From: Octopus sinensis
Taxonomy: Eukaryota
Direction: 5' to 3'
DNA length: 46,691 bases
Assembly (NCBI RefSeq): GCF_006345805.1
Contig: NW_021834626.1
Coordinates: 1-46,691 of the forward strand
Each line of letters begins with the position of its first letter. Position 1 is the first letter of the stretch. A model generated the notes under the pieces. The model worked only from the letters and a program-made list of their open reading frames with translations, made no database searches and had not been told where the DNA came from. A program made the position numbers and the translations under genes. Positions 1 through 10,122 of the stretch are shown here, in pieces.

Positions 1-151
1 ACTGGTATAAATATCAGGAAGGAATCGGGTCTGAACGTAAAGAATTTTTGCTGAATATCAGGATTGTTAAGTCTAAAAGAAAAAAAAGCTCTTTGAGAGA
101 CATTTTCCTGATTTTATGGAAAGAGACATCAGAATGAATAAGAATTCTTCT

Positions 152-752
152 TCTTTTCTTTTACTTGTTTCAGTCGTTTGACTGTGGCCATGCTGGAGCA
201 CCGCCTTTTAGTCGAGCAGATCGACCCCCGGGACTTATTCTTTTTTGTAAGCCCAGTACTTATTCTCTTTTTTTTTGCCGAACTGCTAAGTGACGGGGAC
301 GTAAACGCACCAGCATCGGTTGTCAAGCAATGCTAGGGGGACAAACACAGACTCACAAACACACACACATACACACATATATATTATATTTTATTTTTAT
401 TTTTCATCTAGTTTCAGCTCACAAGCTGTGGCCATGCTGGGGCACCGCCATTTGGCGTTGCTACATGATTTTACTTCACGAATACTTTTTAGCAACTGCC
501 ATTTGGGGCATGAGAGAGTTCGATGCAGCTGCCCTCGTCTGCACCTCCTGCCGTGAAGTTGGTTATTATATATATATATACATATATACTATGGGCTTCT
601 ATCAGTTTCCGTCTACCAAATCCACTCACAAGGCATGGGACGGCCCAGGGCTATAGCAGAAGACACTTGCCCAAGGTGCCACGCAGTGAGACTGAACCCG
701 GAACCATGTGGTTGGTTAGCAAGCTACTTACCACACAGCCACTCCTGCGCCT
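152..752 (-). mobile_element. tRNA-derived SINE family A (head + core + internal microsatellite + AAAAGAGT tail), interrupted by a foreign 3'-end fragment at ~380-570
   Basis: Minus-strand head AGGCGCAGGAGTGGCTGTGTGG...CCGGGTTCAGTC(C/T)CACTGCGTGGCACCTTGGGCAAGTGTCTTCT with A/B-box-like motifs; more than 15 homologous copies in the window. Confidence 0.85.
380..570 (-). mobile_element. 3' end of an unidentified retroposon (GGCGGTGCCCCAGCATGGCCACAGC...GCTGAAAC + A-rich tail)
   Basis: Terminal motif shared with family A tails and with 3245-3320; ends in an A-rich run on the minus strand. Confidence 0.5.
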
Positions 753-959
753 TAAACTATTCAATATTACAGGAATGGACTGATTCTGTCGTGTGTCATC
801 TTGGAGAGGCAGTTTAGTGTGTAGTTAAGAAATTTGTTTCTTGACCACAGGGCTCCAGGTTCAATCTCACTCTGTGGCAACCTTGGGCAAGTGTCTTCTG
901 TAGCAGCTAAAACTGCAGGTTGCCAAATAGTCGACTTGAGAAATGGAAACTGAAAGAAA

Positions 960-1348
960 CATATCTTTGTGTGTGTGTGTGTGTACGTACATACATACAT
1001 ACGTATGTGTGTGTGTGTGTGTGTACGTACATACATACGTATGTGTGTGTGTGTGTGTACCTACATACATACGTATATGTGTGTGTGTGTGTACGTACAT
1101 ACATACGTATGTGTGTGTGTGTGTGTGTACGTACATACATACGTATGTGTGTGTGTGTGTACGTACATACATACATATGTGTGTGTGTGTGTGTGTACCT
1201 ACATACATACATACATACGTATATGTGTGTGTGTGTGTACGTACATACATAAGTATGTGTGTGTGTGTACGTACATACATACGTATATGTGTGTGTACGT
1301 ACATACATACGTCTGTGTGTGTGTGTGTACGTACATACATACGTATGT

Positions 1349-1380
<32 letters not shown>
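960..1380. repeat. (GT)n-ACGTACATACAT compound minisatellite followed by (CT)n
   Basis: Directly visible; source of the HT/CV-rich ORFs. Confidence 0.95.
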
Positions 1381-1384
<4 letters not shown>

Positions 1385-1611
1385 ACTCTTTTACTTGTTT
1401 CAGTCATTTGACTGTGGCCATGCTGGAGCACCGCCTTAAGTCGAGCAAATCAACCCCGGGACTTATTATTTGTAAGCCTAGTACTTATTCTATCGGTCTC
1501 TTTTGCCGAACCGCTAAGTTATGGGGACGTAAACACACCAGCATCGGTTGTCAAGCAATGTTGGGGCAAAAAACACAGACACACAAACATATACACACAC
1601 ACATACACACG

Positions 1612-1951
1612 CATCTATTATATAAAATCCGTTCTATCTCTGTGTGTGTGTGTCTTTTCGGATCTCGGGCATCCTCCATCCGATTGCGCTCAAATTTGAT
1701 ATGTAGGTACCGTGCATAAGTCTTGAAAAAGTTACAAAAATCGATTCCAGGTGAGAGTGTGATCAATAAAGCCGCCTGAACATGCATTTGTAAAATCGTT
1801 TTTCTTGGAATAGAAAAAAAGTCTATCTTTATTTCTTCTTTTGCTGATGTCTCAAATTTAGGTTAAACCAGTGTTTCTGAAAGAGGAGGCCTATGGGACG
1901 GTCAGACAAGTTGTTTTGAACCATCCATTGGATGGAGGGGGCGTTTTGCTC

Positions 1952-1953
<2 letters not shown>
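1612..1953 (-). mobile_element. DINE-1/HINE-like non-autonomous Helentron-type element
   Basis: ATCTATTATATAAAA terminus, (GT)n next to a CCGATT...AAATTTG block, opposite end GGGGCGTTTTGCTCGT (rev-comp ~ACTAGCAAAACGCCCC), short palindrome CCATCCATTGGATGG at 1921-1935. Confidence 0.6.
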
Positions 1954-1985
<32 letters not shown>

Positions 1986-1988
<3 letters not shown>

Positions 1989-2252
1989 CATCACGTGACC
2001 GACTAGTCCATCAGATGTAGTTACACATCGCTAGTCACAATGCATTCGCATTGTTTTAACCTTTGAATGACGCCACCCCGCTGGCTAAGCGAGCAGGCCA
2101 AGAGTGGTGAAAGAGTACAGCAGGGATCACCACCCCCTGCCGGAGCCTCGTGGAGCTTTTAGGTGTTTTCGCTCAATAAACACTCACAACGCCCGGTCTG
2201 GGAATCAAAACCGCGATCCACTGCCCTAACCACTAGGCCATTGCGCCTCCAC
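1986..2252 (-). mobile_element. tRNA-like-headed SINE family C
   Basis: Minus head GTGGAGGCGCAATGGCC(T/C)AGTGGTTAGGGCAG...GATTCCCAGACCGGGCG; homologous to 10123-10809. Confidence 0.75.
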
Positions 2253-2677
2253 ATATATATATATATATATATATACATATATATACATACATACATATAC
2301 ATACATACATACAATGGGCTTCTTTCAGACTCCATCTACCAAATCCACTCACAAGGCTTTGGTCGGTCCAAGGCTATAGTAGAAGACACTTGCCCAAGTT
2401 ACCACGCAGTGGGAGTATATATTATGCAGGCAGTTAGGATAACTCCCACACCTGCTTAATTACAAACCAATATTTGGTCACAGTTGCTGCTGTAAGTTCA
2501 AAATACACATCGAAATTTTAAAATTGAGAATTATGGAAATATCATTTGCAGAGTTATTAAAAATAACATCAAAATATTATTTAATTTCTCCATCTGAAGA
2601 ATTTCTAATCGGAAACTCTTTAAATGTTTACCAAACAGGAAACTGAAAAATTTTTGGTTTTATTTAGTCTCTATTAA

Positions 2678-3196
2678 GGTGGCGAGCTGGCAGAAATGTT
2701 AGCACGCCAGGTGAAATCTTAGCGGTATTTCATCTGTCTTTACATTCTGAGTTCAAATTCCACCGAGGTTGACTTTGCCTTATTCCTTTCGGAGTCGATA
2801 AATTAAGTACTAGTTGTGTACTGGGGTTGATCTAATCGACTGACTCACTCCCCCAAAATTTCGGGTCTTGTGCCTAGTGTAGAAAAAGATATACAAGGTT
2901 AAACTAATTCTGCCAAGGTCAACTTTGCCTTTCATCTTTTTGGGGTCAATAAATTAAGTACCAGTTGCGTACTGGTGTCGATCTAATTGACTGGCCCCCT
3001 CCCCCAAAATTTCGGGTCTTGTGCCTAGTATGGAAAAAGATATACAAGGTTAATCTAATTCTGGCAAGGTCAACTTTGCCTTTCATCCTTTCAGCGTTGA
3101 TAAATTAAGTACCAGTTGCGTACTGGGGTCGATCAAATTGACTGGCCCCCTCCCCCAAAATTTCGGGCCTTGTGCCTAGAGTAGAAAAGATTATTT
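2678..3196 (+). mobile_element. SINE family B variant (tail TTGTGCCTAGAGTAGAAAAGA), head plus ~3 tandem body copies
   Basis: Head GGTGGCGAGCTGGCAGAA...GTTCAAATTCC; GACTTTGCCTTTCATCC...GTCGATAAATTAAGTACCAG block repeated at a ~120-bp period. Confidence 0.8.
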
Positions 3197-3707
3197 ATTC
3201 TCGATTACAACTGTTTCATTTGCAAATAGGAATTACAAAGTCATCATGGCGGTGCCCCAGCAATGGCAGTGCCCCAGCATGGCCACAGCTCAAGAGCTGA
3301 AACTGGAAAACATAAAACATATAAATATAAGTTTTTTGATAAACATGTTAAGAATTTCCGATTCGAAATTCTCCAGGCAGAGAAATTAATTAATAATATT
3401 TAATTTTTAAATTTAAAATAATTACATCTAAATATCATTTAATTTCTCTGTCTGAAGAATTTCTAATTGGAAATTCTTTAAATGTCTATTAAACATGTAA
3501 AACATTTTGTATCTTCTATTAAGAAATCAACCACGTGTAATAACGAATAAATAATTCCAATAAATTTCCAAATTCCTGCTTTCGGCCAGCTAAATCATCA
3601 TCATCATCATCATCATTTAACATCTATTTTCCATGCTGGCATGGGTTAGACGGTTTGACTGGAAACTGGTAAGCCAGAGAGCTGCACCAGGGTCCAGTCT
3701 GATTTGG

Positions 3708-4450
3708 TTGGGTAAGCAATGTTTTCTCGCAGTAGTAGCAATAGCGAAAGGCGGCGAGCTGGCAGAAACGTCAGCAAGCCGGGCGAAATGCATAGCCGTA
3801 TTTCGTCTGCCGTTACGTTCTGAGTTCAAATTCCACTGAGGTCGACTTTGCCTTTCATCCTTTCGGGGTCGATAAATTAAGTACCAGTTACGCACTGGGA
3901 TCGATGTAATCAACTTAATCCGTTTGTCTGTTCTTGTTTGTCCCCTCTGTGTTTAGCCCCTTGTGGGTAGTAAAGAAATAGGTATTTCGTCTGCTGTTAC
4001 GTTCTGAGTTCAAATTCCACTGAGGTCGACTTTGCCTTTCATCCTTTCGGGGTCGATAAATTAAGTACCAGTTACGCACTGGGATCGATGTAATCGACTT
4101 AATCCGTTTGTCTGTCCTTGTTTGTCCTCTCTGTGTTTAGCCCCTTGTGGGTAGTAAAGAAATAAGTAGCAATAGCGAAAGAGGTGGTATGGAAGTCGCG
4201 AATGAAAGGTTTGGCAACAGGCAACCTCATCTCCGGTCTAGGGTTAGTGAGATATTTTATCTTCCACCTTAAAAGGAAGGTGAGGCTGGAGAGAAGATGC
4301 CCGCCAAAGAAAATGTTCAAAGAAAGATGGTTGCATGTTGCGAGGGTGCTGGGAATGAAAGATTCCTCGGGAACATGTCATAAGTCTGCATACAAAAGTT
4401 TCAGTAGGAGAATGGGGCTCGTGGGGTCGGAGCGTAAGCCATCTCCCTAA
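3708..4450 (+). pseudogene. C-terminal fragment of a divergent Tx1-clade ORF2, split by a SINE B dimer
   Basis: GKQCFLAVVAIAK / EVVWKSRMKGL...YFIFHLKRKVRLER...FKERWLHVAR aligns with the C-terminus of the Tx1 copies (KECIWWTRLKGL...FFKYHLKRKVRVER...FKKRWVNVAR). Confidence 0.75.
3750..4164 (+). mobile_element. SINE family B dimer with 17-bp TSD
   Basis: AGTAGCAATAGCGAAAG at 3734-3750 and 4165-4181; one head and two bodies. Confidence 0.9.
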
Positions 4451-4499
4451 TTCACCTCATGTTTGTATTTCGTCCTTGTTGTATCTCATTCAATTTCAT

Positions 4500-4965
4500 T
4501 ATCATCATCATCGTTTAGCGTCTGTTTTCCATGCTAGCATGGGTTGGACGGTTCGACCAGGGATCTGGGAAGCCAGGGGCTGCACCAGGCTCCAGTCTGA
4601 TCTGGCAGTGTTTCTACAGCTGGATGCCCTTCCTAACGCCAACCACTCCGTGAGTGTAGTGGGTGCTTTTTACGTGCCACCTGCACAGGTGCCAGAGGGG
4701 TCTGGCATAGGCCACGATCGGTTGGTGCTTTTTACGTGCCACTGCACGGAAACCAGCCAAGGCGACACTGGCATCGGCCACGTTCGGATGGTGCTTTTTA
4801 TGTGCCACTGGCACGGAAGCCAGCCAAGGCGGCACTGGCATCGGCCACGATCGGTTGGTGCTTTTTATGTGCCACCGGCACAGAAGCCAGTCGAGGCGGC
4901 GCTGGCAACGGCCACGTTCGGATGGTGCTTTTTATGTGCCACCGACACAGGTATCACAACTATTA
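4500..4965 (-). mobile_element. SINE family D with (ATG)n tail (RTE-type) and ~58-bp internal modules
   Basis: CATCATCATCGTTTA..GTC..TTTCCATGCTAGCATGGGTTGGACG...CTACAGCTGGATGCCCTTCCTAACGCCAACCACTCC; copies also at 8786-9640, 12331-13810, 14397-14772, 20735-20885, 38587-38885, 39183-39470. Confidence 0.8.
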
Positions 4966-5388
4966 TATTTTGTAAAATTTTAAAAGTCATATAATCATTG
5001 TGTGTCTGACCCCAATCAGGCTGTATTGTCCCCATCTATGTTTGGGCCCTTGTGGCTAATAAAGAAATTGGTTGGGTTTTTAGGACTGGATGCCGCTCTT
5101 AATGCCAACCACTTTACGGTGTGTGTTGGGTACTTTTAATGTGGCACCTGCACAAGCGCTTTTCGGTGGCAATGGCACAGATGCTTTTCCCATGACACCA
5201 GAGACTCTTCCAGGCCAATCGTCTTCACCAGGGAGTCTTAACACATTTGCTGTGAAGGCGTCTTCACCAGGGGGCCTTAACACTTCTGCTGTGGAGGACA
5301 GGTCTTCTTGAGTACAGCAAAATATTAGGTATTTCGGTCCTTTGTCATCTTGTCATAAAGTCAGGCTTCAAAATAAAAGAAAAATCAA

Positions 5389-5619
5389 TTAACCCTTTCG
5401 TTACCAACCCGGCCAAAACCGGCTCAGGCTCTGTAATACAAATGTCTTGTTTTCAGAAGTTCTGAATTAAAATCTTCCACCAAACCTTAGTCACAATTTA
5501 TGTTCCTAAAACCAGCTGAATTATAACTAAGTTATTTTACTAAATTCTTTGTTATATTCAAAATTAATTGAAAGAAACACAGAGCATCTCAACAGAAATA
5601 TGGTAACAAAAGGGTTTAA
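5389..5619. mobile_element. piggyBac-like MITE copy 1
   Basis: TTAACCCTTTCGTTACC ... GGTAACAAAAGGGTTTAA terminal inverted repeats with TTAA. Confidence 0.7.
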
Positions 5620-5634
5620 GTCACCATGATATTT

Positions 5635-5863
5635 TTGACCCTTTTGATACCAACCTGGTTGAAACCGGCTCAGGCTCTGTAGTACAAATGTCTTGTTTTC
5701 CTAAGTTTTGAATTAAAATCTTCCACCAAACTTTAGTTACAATTTATGTTCCTAACACTAGCTGAATGATAACCAAGTTATTTTACTAAATTCTTTGTTA
5801 TATTTAAAGTAATTGAAAGAAACAGAGGGCATCTCAAAATAAATGCAGTAACGAAAGGGTTAA
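5635..5863. mobile_element. piggyBac-like MITE copy 2
   Basis: TTGACCCTTTTGATAC ... GTAACGAAAGGGTTAA; internal sequence homologous to copy 1. Confidence 0.7.
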
Positions 5864-5965
5864 GCTTGAATTTTCTACTGATATGCACAAGTGTAGGCAT
5901 GCGGTTAAGAAGCTTGCTTCCCAATCATGTGGTCTTGGGTTCAGTCCCACTGCATAGTACTCTTT

Positions 5966-6863
5966 ACTCTTTTACTTGTTTCAGTCATTTGACTGCGGCC
6001 ATGCTGGAGCACCGCCTTTAATCAAGGAACTCGACCCCGGGACTTATTCTTTGTAAGCCCAGTACTTATTCTATCGGTCTCTTTTTGCCGAACCACTAAG
6101 TAACGGGGACATAAACACATCAGCATCGGTTGTCAAGCAATGCTAGGGGACAAACACAGACACACAAACACACACACACGCATATATATATATATATATA
6201 TACATATATACGATGGGCTTCTTTCAGTTTTCGTCTACCAAATGCACTCACAAGGCTTTGTCAGCCCGAGGCTATAGTAGAAGACACTCGTCCAAGGTGC
6301 CACGCAGTGGGACTGAACCCGGAACCATGTGGTTGATAGACAAGCTACTTACCACACAGCCACTCCTGCGCCTGGTAGAAGACACTTGCCCAAGGTACCA
6401 CGCTGTGGGACTGAACCCGGAACCATGTGGTTGATAGACAAGCTACTTACCACACAGCCACTCCTGCGCCTTGTAGAAGACACTTGCCCAAGGTGCCACG
6501 CAGTGGGACTGAACCCGGAACCATGTGGTCGATAGACAAGCTACTTACCACACAGCCACTCCTGCGCCTGGTAGAAGACACTTGGCCAAGGTGCCACGCA
6601 GTGGGACTGAACCCGGAACCATGTGGTCGATAGACAAGCTACTTACCACACAGCCACTCCTGCGCCTGGTAGAAGACACTTGCCCAAGGTGCCACGCAGT
6701 GGGACTGAACCCGGAACCATGTGGTTGATAGACAAGCTACTTACCACACAGCCACTCCTGCGCCTGGTAGAAGACACTTGGCCAAGGTGCCACGCAGTGG
6801 GACTGAACCCGGAACCATGTGGTCGATAGACAAGCTACTTACCACACAGCCACTCCTGCGCCT
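5966..6863 (-). mobile_element. SINE family A with the head region tandemly repeated 6 x 98 bp (6277-6863)
   Basis: GTAGAAGACAC...CCACTCCTGCGCCT units starting at ~6277, 6375, 6473, 6571, 6669, 6767. Confidence 0.9.
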
Positions 6864-7574
6864 TGGGAATATGTCTTTTTTTTTTTTTATAACCCTGAGC
6901 CACAGTCTTTTGTAATGAAAGACAGTTGCTCAGCCAAACATTCTCTAAGTTATTTAAATTTCGATTTTCCATTATTCTCGGTCCATTATCAAGCGTATTC
7001 TCATTTTGCAACATGTTTTGGCAAACGTCTGTAAGTCTTCTAAATCTGAGGCCTTCTATAAGTCTTCTTTATCGCGAAACTTGTTAACAACATGAAGCAC
7101 TGCCAGACATGTAAATAATGGTTGGAATTATTAGTTAAACCTGAGTTTTCCTCAGCTCCCACTTGTAATTAGTATTCATACGAATTAATCACTTAATACA
7201 GAAAGGCTGTAACAAATGCAATTAGAATTGAGCTTTACGTTGCTTCATAAGCTTTGCCGAACAATTATCTAAACTTTTAATGGAATTTTAGGAAATGCTT
7301 GTACTCCACACAAGTCTGAATTCAGAATGTTTATTGTTTATTATGCATCAGACAAAGTGAAATCCAAAGTATGTTAAAAAAAAGATTGATTATTGAATTC
7401 TCTCAATGTCTCAAAGGCGATAATGTCTGTTTGCAAATATAAGTTACAATGGAAATTATACACAAGCTTCTTGAAAACTTTTATACGAATTGGCTTTGCT
7501 TTTATTTGTACCTGAACAATGCCTAGAAATCAGCCAGCATGTGTGTATGTATATGTTTGTGTGTATATATATAT

Positions 7575-7800
7575 GTGGAGCTGGCAGAATCGTTAGCACG
7601 CCGGGCGAAATGTGTAGCCGTATTTCGTCTGTTGTTACGTTCTGAGTTCAAATTCCGCCGAGGTCGACTTTGCCTTTCATCCTCTCGGGGTCGATAAATA
7701 AAGTACCAGTTTCTCACTGGGTCGATGTAATCGACTTAATCCCTTTGTCTGTCCTTGTTTGTCCCCTCTATGTTTAGCCCCTTGTGGGTAGTAAAGAAAT
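7575..7800 (+). mobile_element. SINE family B monomer
   Basis: Head, conserved central block, and tail TTTAGCCCCTTGTGGGTAGTAAAGAAAT. Confidence 0.85.
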
Positions 7801-7810
7801 ATATATATAT

Positions 7811-8208
7811 GTGGAGGTGGGGTATATGCATATGTCTGTGTGTGTGCATATGTATATATATGTATATGTGTGTGTATACATTTATGTATGTACTTGTGTG
7901 TGTATATATATGTGGGGGTGGGGTATATGCATATGTCTGTGTGTGTGCATTTGTATATATATGTGTATGTGTGTGTATATATTTATGTATGTACTTGTGT
8001 GTGTATATATATGTGGGGGTGGGGTATATGCATATGTCTGTGTGTGTGCATTTGTATATATATGTGTATGTGTGTGTATATATTTATGTATGTACTTGTG
8101 TGTGTATATATATGTGGGGGTGGGGTATATGCATATGTCTGTGTGTGTGCATATGTATATATATGTGTATGTGTGTGTATATATTTATGTATGTATGTAC
8201 TTGTGTAT

Positions 8209-8215
<7 letters not shown>
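7811..8215. repeat. 101-bp compound minisatellite, ~4 copies
   Basis: GTGG(A/G)GGTGGGGTATATGCATATG at 7811, 7912, 8013, 8114. Confidence 0.9.
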
Positions 8216-8242
<27 letters not shown>

Positions 8243-8519
8243 TTATATTGGTGCCTTGTACCATTTATCTACTTTTATATGTATAATTTTACCCTTATGG
8301 GCTATCTTTTAGTGGAAAGTAATACATTTGTATTGCAATATTATTTTCATTGAAACTTCTTCACTGTTCTCATTCTGTTAACGTTTTGGCGTTCAGATGA
8401 GCGTGCTGGCATTGATGTGGCAACATTTGAAATTTTGTCTAGGTATATGCAGCTGATGAAGACTAATCAAATGAGCGTACTGGCATTGATGTGGCAACAT
8501 TTGAAATTTTGTCTAGGTA

Positions 8520-8592
8520 AATGCAGCTGATGAAGACTAATCAAATTTACGTTGTCAAATGAATTTGAAGAATTAGAAACCAGTCCTGCATT
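8520..8592 (+). ncRNA. Degenerate type-I hammerhead ribozyme motif (Penelope/retrozyme style)
   Basis: AATGCAG-CTGATGA-A-GACTAATCAAATT...AATTTGAAGAATTA-GAAAC-CA-GTC-CTGCATT: perfect 7-bp stem I, core motifs, GUC triplet; 3' strand of stem II appears to lack ~3 nt. Confidence 0.65.
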
Positions 8593-8785
8593 ATCCGATT
8601 CTAGGTTGTCCATTTATCGAATGTTCTTCCTAGAGGTAAGACATTTTTTTTTTCATGTTTGTTGCATGCACAAGTCTTTGCTTGTATATACGCAGTGAAG
8701 CTTTAAAATAGCATCGTATTTATATCGATTGCTAATTTCCAGTAAGTATTGGTGCCTTGTTGTACCATTTATCTACTTTTATATA

Positions 8786-9640
8786 TATACGTAAAAGCAC
8801 CATCCGTTCGTGTCCGTTTGCCAGCTCTGTCTGGCCCCCGTGTCGGTGGCACGTAAAAGCACCATCAGTTCGTGTCCGTTGCCAGCCTCGCCTGGTCCCC
8901 GTGCCGGTGACACGTAAAAGCACCATCCGTTTCGTGGCCGTTTGCCAGCTCTGTCTGGCCCCCGTGTCGGTGGCACGTAAAAGCACCATCAGTTCGTGTC
9001 CATTGCCAGCCTCGCCTGGCCCCCGTGCTGGTGACACGTAAAAGCACCATCCGTTTCATGGCCGTTTGCCAGCTCTGTCTAGCCCCCGTGTCGGTGGCAC
9101 GTAAAAGCACCATCAGTTCATGTCCGTTGCCAGCCTCGCCTGGTCCCCGTGCCGGTGACACGTAAAAGCACCATCCGTTTCATGGCCGTTTGCCAGCTCT
9201 GTCTGGCCCCCGTGTCGGTGGCACGTAAAAGCACCATCCGTTCGTGTCCGTTGCCAGCCTCGCCTGGCCCCCGTGCCGGTGACACGTGAAGCACCATCCG
9301 TTTTGTGGCCGTTTGCCAGCTCTGTCTGGCACCCTTGTCGGTGGCATGTAAAAGCATCATCCGTTCGTGTCCGTTGCCAGCCTCGCCTGGCCCCCGTGCC
9401 GGTAACACGTAAAAGCACCATCCGTTCGTGGCCGTTTGCCAGCTCTGTCTGGCACCTGTGCGGGTGGCACGTAAAAAGCACCCACTACACTCATGGAGTG
9501 GTTGGCGTTAGGAAGGGCATCCAGCCGTAGAAACACTGCCAGATCTGACTGGGCCTGATGAAGCCTTCCAGCTTCTCAGACCCCAGTTGAACCGTCCAAC
9601 CCATGCTAGCATGGAAAGCGGACGCTAAATGATGATGATG
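8786..9640 (+). mobile_element. SINE family D with ~12 alternating ~60-bp internal modules
   Basis: Repeated CACGTAAAAGCACCATC units followed by GGAGTGGTTGGCGTTAGGAAGGGCATCCAGC and a GACGCTAAATGATGATGATG tail. Confidence 0.85.
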
Positions 9641-9751
9641 ATATATATATATATATATCTATTTCGTTTTTGGATTTGGTTTGCAAGATTCTTTATATGA
9701 GTTCGTGTGTTGAAGCATATTTTGTTGTGTCTGGGGAGAGTCATTTTCTTT

Positions 9752-9875
9752 TTGTGTCTTATAATTTAACACGCTCACCAGTAAAATCTCCACTTATTTC
9801 TTATTTTTAATAAGAAATAAAAATAAGAAATAAGTGGAAATTTTACTGGTGAGTGTGTTAAATTATAAGGCACAA
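9752..9875. repeat. Near-perfect inverted repeat (58-bp arms, 8-nt loop)
   Basis: Arms 9752-9809 and 9818-9875 differ at 3 positions (two G.U, one C.A). Confidence 0.9.
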
Positions 9876-10122
9876 TTATTTCTTTTGTTGGTGTCCTTCT
9901 CTAACCTATTCCAGAACTTGTTGCAGTATAGGGGGCATATGCCAGTTTCGTCATCTCTTGGAATGCATTTGAATCTTGTTTTCGCTCCTTTGTACACTCT
10001 GATTCTATCGTACTGTGTGTATCTGGAATGTTGCATTCAGAATATGTAGTGCTGGATGTGCTGTTGTCGTTCTTGTGGTTGGCATAGTGGGGGATACATT
10101 CCTCATAACTCTAACTGTGGAA

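Larger units (their letters stand above)
1385..2412 (-). mobile_element. SINE family A copy with nested insertions in its internal microsatellite
   Basis: Tail at 1385-1610 and core at ~2311-2412, separated by a HINE-like element and a family C SINE. Confidence 0.7.

Noticed and set aside
2590-2630. CTGAAGA...GGAAAC as a hammerhead
   Set aside because: No coherent stem II or stem III; the sequence is an arm of the 3349-3479 inverted repeat family.
6900-7520. Possible decayed DNA transposase
   Set aside because: No recognisable motif in any frame.
9545-9560. CTGATGAAG inside SINE D
   Set aside because: A chance variant of the SINE consensus, with no GAAA/NUH or stem I partner.
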